Of a stretch of DNA of 64,000 nucleotides, positions 39,323 to 49,174 are shown piece by piece. Position 1 is the first letter of the stretch. Each line of letters starts with the position of its first letter. The notes beneath the pieces are model-generated. The model ran no database searches, was not told the origin of the DNA, and saw only the letters and a list, made by a program, of their open reading frames with translations. This DNA is from Treponemataceae bacterium (lineage in GTDB: Bacteria; Spirochaetota; Spirochaetia; Treponematales; Rectinemataceae): positions 192,001-256,000 of the forward strand of contig CAXXHO010000003.1 in the NCBI GenBank assembly GCA_963667725.2. The letters are read 5' to 3'. The position numbers and the translations under genes were made by a program.

Positions 39323-40557
39323 GTGTTCGTTCTCCGTCGGGCGCTGAAGCGGTTGCGCAGGATTATGGCCGTCGCGTTGAGCGTCAGAAGAAGGACGAGA
39401 AGGACGAGGATCGCCGCGGCGGCGAGGTTCTTGAACTCTCCCTGGGGTCGGGAGGTCCACTGGTAGATCTGGATGGGAAGGGTGGTGAAGCGCGAGAAAG
39501 GACTCACCGGATCGATGGTGAGGAAGGTGGAGGCGCCTACCACGACGAGAGGGGCCGTTTCGCCGAGGGCGCGGGAGATGGCGAGGACGGTGCCCGTGAG
39601 GATCCTGTCGGCGCTGGCGGGCAGGACATGGTGCCAGATCGTCTGCCATTTCGTGGCGCCCAGGGCGAGCCCGGCCTTCCTCAGAGATTGGGGCACGGCG
39701 CGTAGGGCTTCCTGCGAGTTGATGATGATTACCGGCAGGACGAGGAGGGCGAGGGTGAGGGAGGCCGAAAGGATGGTCCGCCCGCTCGCGGCGCCTTTTT
39801 CGGCGGCGCCGAAGAGGACGCCCGAGGTCAGCGGCTCGAGCCAGCGCACGAAGACGGCCAAGCCAAGCATGCCGTAGATGATCGAGGGCACCCCGGACAG
39901 GTTGTAGATGTTGAGCTGTATGAAGCGGTTCACCGCGTTGTCGGCGGCGTATTCCTCTAGCCAGATCGCCGCGGCCACGCCAAGGGGAAAAGCGATGAGG
40001 AGGGTGAGGAGGATCGTGGCCAGGGAGCCGATAGCCGCGCCGCGGAGACCCGAGTCCAGCGCCGAACTCGACTGGGGATTCGTGAGGAGGCTGGCCCGCA
40101 GCCAGGAGCGGAAATACAGCCTTCCATCGGGAAAATCGCTGTTCCTGAAGTCCATTATGGCTTTGCGCTGTAAGACGCTCTGCGCGAGGGTCCAGGTGCG
40201 TGCTGGTCTTTCCTGGACGATTTCCGTCATCACGAGGCCGAGCAGCTCCTCCCTGCTTCTGGAATCCAGGGGCTTGGCTTCTTCCAGCGTGGCAAGATGG
40301 CGGCGGGTGAGCCCTTCCTTGAGCGTCTCCACAAGGGCGGGGGCTTCCTGACCTTCCAGGGCGACGCCCTCCCTGGCCAGGCTCGCGGGATCGACTTCCG
40401 AGGTGACGAGGACATAGCCAAAGCTCTGCGAGACGATCGAGAGCACGAGGATGACGAGAAAGAGGACGGAAATCGCCGTGGCGACAAGGAAAGCCGTGCC
40501 CCAGCGCGTCGCCCTGGCCTTCCGCGCGCCCAGGTTTTCCGCATGAACTCCGTTCAT
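39319..40557 (-). CDS. pstA: Phosphate ABC transporter permease PstA
   Basis: [34 protein letters not shown]. Confidence 0.93.
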   Translation of the reverse strand: MNGVHAENLGARKARATRWGTAFLVATAISVLFLVILVLSIVSQSFGYVLVTSEVDPASLAREGVALEGQEAPALVETLKEGLTRRHLATLEEAKPLDSRSREELLGLVMTEIVQERPARTWTLAQSVLQRKAIMDFRNSDFPDGRLYFRSWLRASLLTNPQSSSALDSGLRGAAIGSLATILLTLLIAFPLGVAAAIWLEEYAADNAVNRFIQLNIYNLSGVPSIIYGMLGLAVFVRWLEPLTSGVLFGAAEKGAASGRTILSASLTLALLVLPVIIINSQEALRAVPQSLRKAGLALGATKWQTIWHHVLPASADRILTGTVLAISRALGETAPLVVVGASTFLTIDPVSPFSRFTTLPIQIYQWTSRPQGEFKNLAAAAILVLLVLLLTLNATAIILRNRFSARRRTNT

Positions 40558-41468
40558 TCGTACACCTCCCTGCGCTTGCCCACGATGCGGCGGGAGATGA
40601 GATTGAGGATCATCGTGATGACGAAGAGGGTGGCTGCTATGGCGAAGAGGCTCGAATAATCGATGGTATCGTAGGAGAGGTCGCCGCCCGATATCCTGAC
40701 GATATGACCCGTCATGGTTTCGGCCGACTTCAGCGGATTCAAGGTGAGGTTGGGACCGGCCCCGGCGGCGAGGGCGACGATCATCGTCTCACCCACGGCC
40801 CTCGAGAGGCCGAGAATAAAGGCCGCCGCGAGGCCAGAGAAGGCGGCGGGGACGACCACCTGGGTCGTCACTTCCAGCTTGGTGGCGCCGGTGGCGTAGG
40901 CCGCCTCCCTCATCGTGCGCGGCACGGCGGAGAGAGCGTCCTCGCACATCGAGGCGATGAGGGGAAGGATGAGAATGCCCATCACGAGCCCCGCCGAAAG
41001 CATATTGTAGACTTGCAGGCGATCCTGCCCGATCATGCCGCGCAGGAGGGGAGTCACCGTGGAGAGGGCGAAATAGCCATAGACCACGGTGGGTATGCCG
41101 GCGAGCACCTCGAGGGCTGGCTTCAGGAACTGTCTCACGCCCCAGGGAGCGTATTCCGAAAGATAGACGGCCACCATGAGGCCGAGAGGGAGGGCCACGG
41201 CCATGGCGATGAGGCTCGTCACGAGAGTGGCCGAGGCCAGGGGGAGAATGCCGAATTTTCCGATGGCGGGCTGCCAGAGGCTGCCCGTGAGGAACTCGAC
41301 GATGGACACTTCCTTGAAGAAGGAGAAGGTTTCTTTGCCCAGGATGAGGACAATGCCCGCTGTCGTGAGAATGGAAAAGGCAGCGCAGGAAAAGAGGAAG
41401 GCCTTGATGACGGCCTCGCCCGGCCTGGGAGGCCGGGCGAGGCCGCGCGCCGGAAAGACTTGCGTCAT
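40554..41468 (-). CDS. pstC: Phosphate ABC transporter permease PstC
   Basis: [26 protein letters not shown]. Confidence 0.93.
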   Translation of the reverse strand: MTQVFPARGLARPPRPGEAVIKAFLFSCAAFSILTTAGIVLILGKETFSFFKEVSIVEFLTGSLWQPAIGKFGILPLASATLVTSLIAMAVALPLGLMVAVYLSEYAPWGVRQFLKPALEVLAGIPTVVYGYFALSTVTPLLRGMIGQDRLQVYNMLSAGLVMGILILPLIASMCEDALSAVPRTMREAAYATGATKLEVTTQVVVPAAFSGLAAAFILGLSRAVGETMIVALAAGAGPNLTLNPLKSAETMTGHIVRISGGDLSYDTIDYSSLFAIAATLFVITMILNLISRRIVGKRREVYE

Positions 41469-42451
41469 CAGTACCGGCCTTTCATAGCCGCCGCAAGGGC
41501 GTTCTTGGATGCTTTCAGGGCCGAGGCCGGGGCGGGGAAGTAGCCTACCTTCACGATCAGGTCGTTCACGTAGGTGAGATAGTAGGTGAGGAAGGCGGCG
41601 ACCTGGGGTTTTTCCTGGATGATCCGCGCGTCTGAGTAGAGGAAGAGAGGGCGGGATAGGGGATAGGTCCCCGCGTCCACCGTCTCGCCCGAGGGCGCGA
41701 TCGAATTGACCGCGAGCGCCTTGAGCTTGCCTCTGTTTTCGACGTAGTAGGCGAATCCGAAGTATCCCACCGCGTATTCATCGCCCGCCACCCCCTGCAC
41801 GAGGACGTTGTCGTCCTCGGAGAGCTGGAGATTTTTGGCGCTGAGGAGTGGTTCCTTCTTGGTCTTGAACACATGCTCGACGAAGTAGTCGAAGGTGCCC
41901 GAATCGGTGCCGGGCGAGAAACGCTTCACTTCCTTCCTGGGCCAGGTCGAACGGACGTCGGACCAGTAGGTGGCCGTCGAGAAGAGCTTGCCCAGCTCAT
42001 CCACCGTAATGTCCTTCGCGAAGCTATTTTTCGAGCTCACGACGACGGCCAAGGCATCGGTTCCTACGCGGAACTCGATGGGGGTCCTTGGGGTCGCGAG
42101 CTTGGCGGCTGATTCTTTTTCGCTCGATTTTATGGCGCGGGAAGCGTTGGCGATGTCGGTTTCGCCCGCCTTGGCCCAGCGCTCGAAGCCGGCGCCCGAT
42201 CCTATGGAATCGATCGTTACCTGGCCGGCGAAGCCTTCCTTGGCGAAGCGCTCGGCGATGGCTTCCGAAAGCGGGAATACCGTCGATGAACCGGCGGTGA
42301 TGATCGAGCCCGTCACTTTCGCCGGATTAACGCCGGGCAGGATTTTGTCCTTGTCGTCGGAGATGGAATCGACCCAGGTAAATTTACCCTGGGCAAAAAC
42401 AGCCATAGTCAGGAGAGCGAGCAGCGAAGCCAGCAGTCTTTTCTTCATCAT
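41468..42451 (-). CDS. pstS: Phosphate ABC transporter substrate-binding protein
   Basis: Signal peptide; GSSTVFP, GSGAG, DIANASR, SGTFDYF, YPLSRPLFLY. Confidence 0.93.
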   Translation of the reverse strand: MMKKRLLASLLALLTMAVFAQGKFTWVDSISDDKDKILPGVNPAKVTGSIITAGSSTVFPLSEAIAERFAKEGFAGQVTIDSIGSGAGFERWAKAGETDIANASRAIKSSEKESAAKLATPRTPIEFRVGTDALAVVVSSKNSFAKDITVDELGKLFSTATYWSDVRSTWPRKEVKRFSPGTDSGTFDYFVEHVFKTKKEPLLSAKNLQLSEDDNVLVQGVAGDEYAVGYFGFAYYVENRGKLKALAVNSIAPSGETVDAGTYPLSRPLFLYSDARIIQEKPQVAAFLTYYLTYVNDLIVKVGYFPAPASALKASKNALAAAMKGRY

Positions 42452-42529
42452 TTCCTCCGGTATCGATAGTGCGCCAGGTTCCGGACTTTTTTCCTTGTCC
42501 AGCCTGACGTGGACAAAACTAGAGGAGGT

Positions 42530-42570
42530 TGATGAAGTTATTGGTAGATGAATGTTAAAAATGTGTTAAT
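42530..42570 (-). promoter_or_regulatory. Pho-box-like 11-bp direct repeats upstream of pstS
   Basis: Minus strand TTAACACATTT-TTAACATTCAT; TTAACA at 42569-42564 and 42558-42553. Confidence 0.65.
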
Positions 42571-42688
42571 TGCGCTGCTTAGACCAATTCCATATTCGGG
42601 ACGACGGAAGTTTTTCGCTTTTATATAACCTTCTCTTATGCTACGATGCCTTCGCTTAAAACTAATCTCCAGTAAAAAGGAAACTCAT

Positions 42689-43438
42689 TTGGAAAAACTG
42701 TACGAAAAGAACGCGGTCAGGCATTCTCTTGTCTGGCTGGCCATCTATCTTGTCCTGAACACGATAACCGGAAATCTTCAAAGCGCTTCGCCGTCCAATT
42801 CCTCGTGGATCGGCGCGATACCCAATTTTCTTCTCGCGGCGATCTGCTTCATCTATCTGAAGAAAACGGGCATAGCCGAAGCTATTGGACTTCTCGCCCA
42901 ACCCACCGAGAAAGCCTCCATCATGCTGTACTATATTCCCGTGCTCGCCCTACCGTTTTTCTATCTTATCTATGGAATCGACAGCTCGGTGTCCGCGACG
43001 GATGCCCTCTCTCTCTTAACGATGTATATCGGCGTAGGATTCATGGAGGAAATCATTTTCAGAGGCCTCATGTTCAAGGCGCTGGAAAAGAAATGGAACC
43101 GGTACATCGTGGTCGCCTTCATCAGCCTCACCTTCGCGATCGGGCACATCGTCAGCATGGTGGCCGTCGGCCAGTCGGGATCCGATACAGTGCTCCAGAT
43201 ATTGAACGCCTTCTCCGTAGGATTCATGTTCATGGCCGTCATGCTCGCCTCCGGCAACCTGAGGCTCTGCGTGATCGCGCATATTCTCTACAATTTCCTT
43301 GCCGGCATTTCTCTCATAGACGCCACACACGGCGAGATAATCGTCCTGAATACGTTTGTCACCGTCCTTTACTTCGTCTATTTGCTGTTTCGCGCGAAAA
43401 ACGTGAAAGCTTATTTCAAGGGAGCCGCTTCGAACTGA
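42689..43438 (+). CDS. CPBP (CAAX/Abi) family intramembrane metalloprotease
   Basis: EEIIFRG, FAIGH, HILYN motifs; multiple TM segments; TTG start after AAGGA. Confidence 0.88.
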   Translation: MEKLYEKNAVRHSLVWLAIYLVLNTITGNLQSASPSNSSWIGAIPNFLLAAICFIYLKKTGIAEAIGLLAQPTEKASIMLYYIPVLALPFFYLIYGIDSSVSATDALSLLTMYIGVGFMEEIIFRGLMFKALEKKWNRYIVVAFISLTFAIGHIVSMVAVGQSGSDTVLQILNAFSVGFMFMAVMLASGNLRLCVIAHILYNFLAGISLIDATHGEIIVLNTFVTVLYFVYLLFRAKNVKAYFKGAASN

Positions 43439-43467
43439 CCGAGGCTAACTTTTATCCCGCAGGGGAA

Positions 43468-43614
43468 TTATAGGCGTTGCCCTCTGATGAAACGGAGCAG
43501 GACGAGTACGATCGCGATGACTAACAGGATGTGGATGAAGCCGCCCATCGTGTAGGAGGTGACCAATCCTAATGCCCAGAGCACGACTAATATGATCGCG
43601 ATAATTTCCAGCAT
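43468..43614 (-). CDS. lmo0937-family small membrane protein (48 aa)
   Basis: Below the ORF-track length cutoff: MLEIIAIILVVLWALGLVTSYTMGGFIHILLVIAIVLVLLRFIRGQRL; RBS AAGGAG. Confidence 0.9.
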   Translation of the reverse strand: MLEIIAIILVVLWALGLVTSYTMGGFIHILLVIAIVLVLLRFIRGQRL

Positions 43615-43694
43615 CTTTTGTCTCCTTGTCTGCAGGGAATTTCTTCCAAGGGAAGATCGATGCCTTTAGGGCGCGAGATCTTTCCCTTGTTTTA

Positions 43695-43737
43695 ACAATA
43701 CGCCTGCCCGTCGGCCTGGTCTGTGCGTAAACGCACA
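43695..43737 (-). promoter_or_regulatory. Crp/Fnr-type class II promoter for the lmo0937-family gene
   Basis: Perfect inverted repeat TGTGCGT-AA-ACGCACA at 43722-43737, 21 bp from a minus-strand TATTGT -10 element. Confidence 0.65.
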
Positions 43738-43792
43738 TAGGCATATCCGGTTTTTTAGTTTGTATAGTTAATCCGATTGATGGTCGAAAGAT

Positions 43793-43825
43793 AAAAAAAG
43801 GCTGCCTTATGTAAAGGCAGCCTTT
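43793..43825 (-). terminator. Intrinsic terminator after tRNA-Ala
   Basis: AAAGGCTGCCTT...AAGGCAGCCTTT stem with a minus-strand T-run. Confidence 0.82.
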
Positions 43826-43832
43826 CCGTTCG

Positions 43833-43905
<73 letters not shown>

Positions 43906-44255
43906 GAACAGCACGGGGATAATAACGTGAAGGCCGAGAAAATGTCAAGCGCGTAGACCTTGTTGAACGTTGTCTTTATTGCCGCGGAGTACCGCCCACG
44001 GTAAGCGAAGATTTGAAGGGAGGGCCGATGCGCTCAAAACCCTCTCCCGGATTTTTTTCGGTCCTCAATCTGTATAAAAACCGGTTTACGAAACAGTTTA
44101 CAGAAATTTTTCTATAAAAGATGCGTTTTTTTGTGGAATATTCACATATTTTTGCATTTTTCAGGCTGGACAAATCCATTTCGCTGGTGTAGGGTGGCCG
44201 ACAACCCCAAGGAACCGGAACACGGGACAAGGGGAATTCGAGCACTGGGGAAACC

Positions 44256-44753
44256 ATGGAACGTTATATCCTTTCGGCCCTTGTCCAGAACCACGCGGGT
44301 GTATTAAGCCGCGTGTCTGGCTTGTTCAGCCGTAGAGGATACAACATCGACAGCCTTACCGTGGGCGAGACCGTCGATCCGGGCGTGTCGAGGATGACCA
44401 TCGTGGTACGCGGCGACGAAGCCATCCTTGAACAAATCCAGAAGCAGCTCGAAAAGCTCATCGAAGTGGCCGCGGTCAAGCGGCTCGACCCAAATCTCGC
44501 CGTTCTGCGCGAAATCGCCCTCATCAAGGTGGCGGCCTCTCCCGAATCCCGCCCCGATATCATACAGATCGCCAACATCTTCCGCGCGCGCATCGTCGAT
44601 GTGGCAGCCGACAGTCTGATCGTCGAAACAACCGGCGCCCAGAGCAAAGTCGACGGCCTCATTGAACTCCTGAAGCCCTTCGGTATCCTGGAGTTGGCCC
44701 GCACCGGACTCTCCGCTCTAGAACGCGGTTCCCTAATCCTCTCCCTTATTTAG
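44256..44753 (+). CDS. ilvN: Acetolactate synthase small subunit
   Basis: NHAGVLSRVSGLFSRRGYNIDSLTVG, QLEKLIEV, ELARTG. Confidence 0.95.
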   Translation: MERYILSALVQNHAGVLSRVSGLFSRRGYNIDSLTVGETVDPGVSRMTIVVRGDEAILEQIQKQLEKLIEVAAVKRLDPNLAVLREIALIKVAASPESRPDIIQIANIFRARIVDVAADSLIVETTGAQSKVDGLIELLKPFGILELARTGLSALERGSLILSLI

Positions 44754-44785
44754 CCGCCTTCGTACCCCAACTGTACGAAGGCGGC
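44753..44785 (+). other. 13-bp stem hairpin after ilvN, no U-tract
   Basis: GCCGCCTTCGTAC-7 nt-GTACGAAGGCGGC. Confidence 0.6.
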
Positions 44786-44842
44786 ATCCACTCATCAAAT
44801 AACCGATGGTCCGAAAAGGATTTTCGGCGGAGGTATAATTAT

Positions 44843-44926
44843 ATGGTTACGATGAATTACGAGAAAGATTGTGATCCCAATCTCCATGAATTGGCAAAAA
44901 CCATCCCGGCGCTGAGCCGGGGATAA
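44843..44926 (+). pseudogene. ilvC: Probable 5' remnant of ketol-acid reductoisomerase (27 codons)
   Basis: RBS GGAGGT, then MVTMNYEKDCDPNLHELAKTIPALSRG*, resembling the IlvC N-terminus MxxxYYEKDCDLxLLxGKTIAxxGYG; lies between ilvN and leuA. Confidence 0.6.
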
Positions 44927-44935
44927 GGAGTCGGT

Positions 44936-46477
44936 ATGTCGCGGCAGATCAAGATTTTTGACACAACGCTGAGGGATGGCGAGCAGGCTCCCGGATGCAG
45001 CATGAACCTCATGGAAAAAGTCGATGTCGCGCGCCAGCTGGCGCGCCTGGGCGTCGATGTCATCGAGGCGGGCTTCGCGATCGCGAGCCCGGGCGATTTC
45101 GCCTCGGTGAGGGAAATCGCCCGCACTATCAAGGGCCCGGTGATCGCGAGCCTCGCCAGGGCCACAGAAAAGGATATCGACACCGCCTGGGAAGCGCTGA
45201 AGGAGGCCGAAAGGCCGAGGATACACACCTTCATCGCGACATCCCCTGTGCACATGGAGTACAAGCTCAAGATGAAGCCGGAGGAAGTGCTGGCCCAGGC
45301 CGAGGCGATGGTGCGCCGCGCGCTCCGGCTCTGCCCCGATGTCGAATTCTCCGCCGAGGACGCGTCCCGCACCGATCCGGAGTTCCTGTACAGGGTCATC
45401 GAGGCTGTCATCGCCGCCGGAGCGACCACCGTCAACATCCCGGACACCGTAGGCTATTCGGCCCCCGAGGAATTCGCGGCGCTGATCCGCGGCGTGCGGG
45501 ACAACGTCCCCAACATCGACAAGGCGATAATCTCGGTCCACTGCCACAATGACCTCGGCCTCGCCGTGGCCAACTCCCTCGCGGCGCTGGCGGCGGGCGC
45601 CGGGCAGATAGAATGCACTATCAACGGACTCGGGGAAAGGGCGGGCAACGCGGCGCTCGAGGAAATAGTGATGGGCCTCAGGACCCGCCCCGACCTCTTC
45701 GGCGTGACCTGCGGCATAGACACCACGCAGATCTACAACACGAGCAGACTCGTCTCGGCGGTCACCGGCGTCCAGGTCCAGCCCAACAAGGCTATCGTCG
45801 GCGACAACGCCTTCGCCCATGAGGCAGGGATACACCAGCACGGAATGCTCGCCAATCGGGCTACCTACGAAATAATGACGCCCGAGTCGATAGGGCTAAC
45901 CAAGAACTCCATGGTCCTCGGCAAGCATTCGGGCAAGCACGCCTTCGAGGACAGGGTCAAGGAACTGGGCTTCGACGTGGAGCCGGGACTCATCGCCGGC
46001 ATCTTCGAGGAATTCAAGACGCTGGCGGACCGGAAGAAGACGGTGAACGACAGGGACATCGAAGCCCTGGTCAGGGGAAAGACGATCCAGATTCCCGAAG
46101 CGTACAGGCTGAACCGCTTCGTCATCAACTCGGGTTCCAGCATCACGGCGACGAGTACCATCCGCCTCGCGCTCGCGAACGACGGTTTCGTCGAGCAAGT
46201 GGCCGTGGGCGACGGCCCCATCGACGCCTCCTTCAAGGCAATCGACAAGATCGTGGGCAAGGCCTTTTCCCTCGAGTCCTTCTCCCTCGACGCGGTCACG
46301 GGCGGCAAGGACGCCCAGGGCGAGGCGAGGGTGAGGATTCTCCACAAGGGCAAGGGCTACAACGGCCGCGGTCTCTCCACCGACATCATCGAGGCGAGCA
46401 TCAAAGCCTATGTGACGGCGGTCAATGCCATGGTCCACGAAACGGAGGTGGCCAATGGCCCGCGTAACGATACTTGA
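44936..46477 (+). CDS. leuA: 2-isopropylmalate synthase
   Basis: FDTTLRDGEQAPG, HCHNDLGLA, GERAGNA, HEAGIHQHG, LGKHSG. Confidence 0.95.
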   Translation: MSRQIKIFDTTLRDGEQAPGCSMNLMEKVDVARQLARLGVDVIEAGFAIASPGDFASVREIARTIKGPVIASLARATEKDIDTAWEALKEAERPRIHTFIATSPVHMEYKLKMKPEEVLAQAEAMVRRALRLCPDVEFSAEDASRTDPEFLYRVIEAVIAAGATTVNIPDTVGYSAPEEFAALIRGVRDNVPNIDKAIISVHCHNDLGLAVANSLAALAAGAGQIECTINGLGERAGNAALEEIVMGLRTRPDLFGVTCGIDTTQIYNTSRLVSAVTGVQVQPNKAIVGDNAFAHEAGIHQHGMLANRATYEIMTPESIGLTKNSMVLGKHSGKHAFEDRVKELGFDVEPGLIAGIFEEFKTLADRKKTVNDRDIEALVRGKTIQIPEAYRLNRFVINSGSSITATSTIRLALANDGFVEQVAVGDGPIDASFKAIDKIVGKAFSLESFSLDAVTGGKDAQGEARVRILHKGKGYNGRGLSTDIIEASIKAYVTAVNAMVHETEVANGPRNDT

Positions 46478-48077
46478 TTCGACCCTCCGCGACGGCGCTC
46501 AGGGAGAGGGCATCAGCTTTTCGGTCCAGGACAAGCTGAACATTGTGCGGCTCCTGGACTCCCTGGGCGTCGATTACGTGGAGGCGGGCAATCCGGGTTC
46601 CAACCCCAAGGACATGGAATTTTTCAGGGAAGCGGCTCATCTCACCCTCGGGAGGGCGAAACTCGCGGCCTTCGGGCCGACCCGCCGCGTGGGCATAGAA
46701 GCCTCCCGGGACGAAGGCCTGAAGAGTCTTCTCGGCGTGGGAACGGAAACCGTGGTCATCTTCGGCAAGAGCTGGGATTTCCATGTGAGCCATGTGCTGA
46801 AGGCGAGCCTGGACGAGAACCTCGCCATGATAGCCGATTCCTGCGCCTATGCAGCGGCGGCCGGCCGCCGCGTGATCTACGACGCCGAGCACTTTTTCGA
46901 CGGGTACGCGGCGAATCCCGACTACGCGATTCGCACCCTCGCTGCGGCGATAGGGGGGGGAGCGAGCTGCGTCGCGCTCTGCGACACCAATGGCGGCAGC
47001 CTGCCGGGGTGGGTAGGCGAGCTTACGGCGGCGGTAGCGCGCAAGTTCGGCCCTGAGGTGGCCGTAGGCATCCACGCGCACAACGATTCAGGTCTCGCTG
47101 TCGCGAATTCCCTGGCCGCGGTGGGCGCGGGAGCCAGCCATGTGCAGGGCTGCCTCGCGGGCTTCGGCGAGCGCTGCGGAAACGCGAACCTGTCGACGAT
47201 CATCGCCGATCTCAGGCTCAAGATGGGCGTCGGCTGCCTTCAGCCCGACTCCCTTTCCCTTCTCTCCCTGACGGCGCGCAGCGTGGCCGAGATCGCCAAT
47301 ATCGTCTTCGACGAAAGCACGCCCTTCGTGGGGCGCCATGCCTTCGCCCACAAGGCGGGGATGCATGTAGACGCCGTCGTGAAGAACCCGCGCTCCTTCG
47401 AGCACGTCGATCCTCCGCTCGTGGGCAACGAGCGGAGGATCCTGGTTTCCGAAGTGGGAGGCCGCTCTGTCATCCTCGACCGGGTGAAACGCGTCTATCC
47501 CGAAGCCACCAAGGATTCCCCTCTTGTCGCTCAGGTGCTTTCGAAACTCAAGGAAATGGAACGCTTCGGCTACCAGTTCGAAGGCGCCGACGCGAGCCTC
47601 GATCTCCTGCTCATGAAGGTTACGGGCACGTACAAGCCTTTCTTCAGGCTGAGCAAATACAGAACCATAGGCGAGCAGCCTTCAGGCGACGCGGCTCGCT
47701 GCGCCCAGGCCACGGTGAAGATTGAGGTTGAGGGCGTGGAAGAAGTGAGCGTGGCGGAGGGGGACGGCCCTGTCCATGCCCTCGACCTGGCGCTTCGCAA
47801 GGCTCTGGAACGTTTCTATCCGAGCCTTTCGGCCATGCGCCTCACCGACTACAAGGTGCGCGTCCTGGACAGCGCGAGCGCCGCGGCGGCCACCGTGCGC
47901 GTCTTCATCGAAAGCTCCGACACCGTGGATTCCTGGACTACCGTAGGCGTCTCGACGGACATCATCGAGGCGAGCTGGATCGCCCTCGTCGATTCGATCG
48001 AATTCAAACTCATCAAAGATATGGATAAAAGCCGCGAGGCATCCGATGGAAAGGAGAAAAGCAGTCATGTTGCATAA
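46455..48077 (+). CDS. cimA: Citramalate synthase
   Basis: [56 protein letters not shown]. Confidence 0.92.
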   Translation: MARVTILDSTLRDGAQGEGISFSVQDKLNIVRLLDSLGVDYVEAGNPGSNPKDMEFFREAAHLTLGRAKLAAFGPTRRVGIEASRDEGLKSLLGVGTETVVIFGKSWDFHVSHVLKASLDENLAMIADSCAYAAAAGRRVIYDAEHFFDGYAANPDYAIRTLAAAIGGGASCVALCDTNGGSLPGWVGELTAAVARKFGPEVAVGIHAHNDSGLAVANSLAAVGAGASHVQGCLAGFGERCGNANLSTIIADLRLKMGVGCLQPDSLSLLSLTARSVAEIANIVFDESTPFVGRHAFAHKAGMHVDAVVKNPRSFEHVDPPLVGNERRILVSEVGGRSVILDRVKRVYPEATKDSPLVAQVLSKLKEMERFGYQFEGADASLDLLLMKVTGTYKPFFRLSKYRTIGEQPSGDAARCAQATVKIEVEGVEEVSVAEGDGPVHALDLALRKALERFYPSLSAMRLTDYKVRVLDSASAAAATVRVFIESSDTVDSWTTVGVSTDIIEASWIALVDSIEFKLIKDMDKSREASDGKEKSSHVA

Positions 48078-49152
48078 AATAGCGGTAATTCCAGGGGACG
48101 GAATCGGCCCTGATGTCGTGAAAGAAGCGTTGGGCGCTCTTGTTGCGGTGGGCGATCTCCGTGGACATAAATTTGAGTTCGCGCAACTTCTTATGGGCGG
48201 CGCCGCCTTTGACGCGACAGGGGAGCCTCTTCCTCCTGAAACCCTTCTGGCCTGCAAGCGGAGCGACGCGGTTCTCCTCGGCGCCGTTGGCGGCCCGAAG
48301 TGGGACAAGCTGCCCGGTAAAAAGCGCCCCGAGGCGGCTCTCTTGGGCTTGAGGGCGGGCCTCGGCGTCTACGCCAACCTGAGACCGGCGCTCATGTTTC
48401 CCCAGCTCGCCTCCGCCTGCCCCTTAAGGGCCGACATAGCCGGCGAGGGGCTGGATATTCTCATCGTGAGGGAACTCACCGGGGGCATCTACTTCGGGGA
48501 TCGAGGAAGGAGCGCCGACGGCGAGTCTGCATGGGACACCGAGCGTTACTCGCGCGCTGAGATAGAGCGCCTCGTCCATGTGGCCTTCGACGCGGCCAGA
48601 GGCAAGCGCAAAAAACTCTGCGTAGTGGACAAGGCCAACATACTCGAATCGAGCCGCCTCTGGAGGGAGACCGTCATGGCAATGGCCCCTCATTGGCCCG
48701 AAGTGGAACTGAGCTTCATGTATGTCGACAACTGCGCCATGCAGCTCGTCAGGAATCCTCGCCAGTTCGATGTCATCGCCACGAGCAATATGTTCGGGGA
48801 CATCCTCTCGGACGAAGCGAGCATGCTCACCGGCTCCATAGGGATGCTGGCCAGCGCGAGCCTCGGCTACGCGGGCCCGGGACTCTATGAACCCATCCAT
48901 GGCTCGGCGCCGGATATCGCCGGGATGGACAAGGCCAATCCCCTGGCCACGATACTCTCGGCGGCCCTGCTTCTGCGCCACTCACTCGGTCTCGAGGCCG
49001 AGGCCAAGATGATCGAGTCGGCCGTCTCCTCCGTCCTGGACGCGGGGTACCGCTGCGCCGACATCGCCGCGGGCCTCCCCGGAGAACGGATTGTGGGAAC
49101 GAAAGAGATGGGAGCGGCGGTCTGCGCGGCCATACGCGGCATGGCGACGTAA
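48067..49152 (+). CDS. leuB: 3-isopropylmalate dehydrogenase
   Basis: [46 protein letters not shown]. Confidence 0.96.
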   Translation: MLHKIAVIPGDGIGPDVVKEALGALVAVGDLRGHKFEFAQLLMGGAAFDATGEPLPPETLLACKRSDAVLLGAVGGPKWDKLPGKKRPEAALLGLRAGLGVYANLRPALMFPQLASACPLRADIAGEGLDILIVRELTGGIYFGDRGRSADGESAWDTERYSRAEIERLVHVAFDAARGKRKKLCVVDKANILESSRLWRETVMAMAPHWPEVELSFMYVDNCAMQLVRNPRQFDVIATSNMFGDILSDEASMLTGSIGMLASASLGYAGPGLYEPIHGSAPDIAGMDKANPLATILSAALLLRHSLGLEAEAKMIESAVSSVLDAGYRCADIAAGLPGERIVGTKEMGAAVCAAIRGMAT

Positions 49153-49174
49153 TGCGGGAAAGATGGAGCATATC

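Noticed and set aside
43976..44070. T-box-like GGGCGGTACTCCGCGG and a hairpin with a T-run upstream of ilvN
   Set aside because: The motif is on the wrong strand for ilvN, is imperfect, and has no recognisable specifier stem
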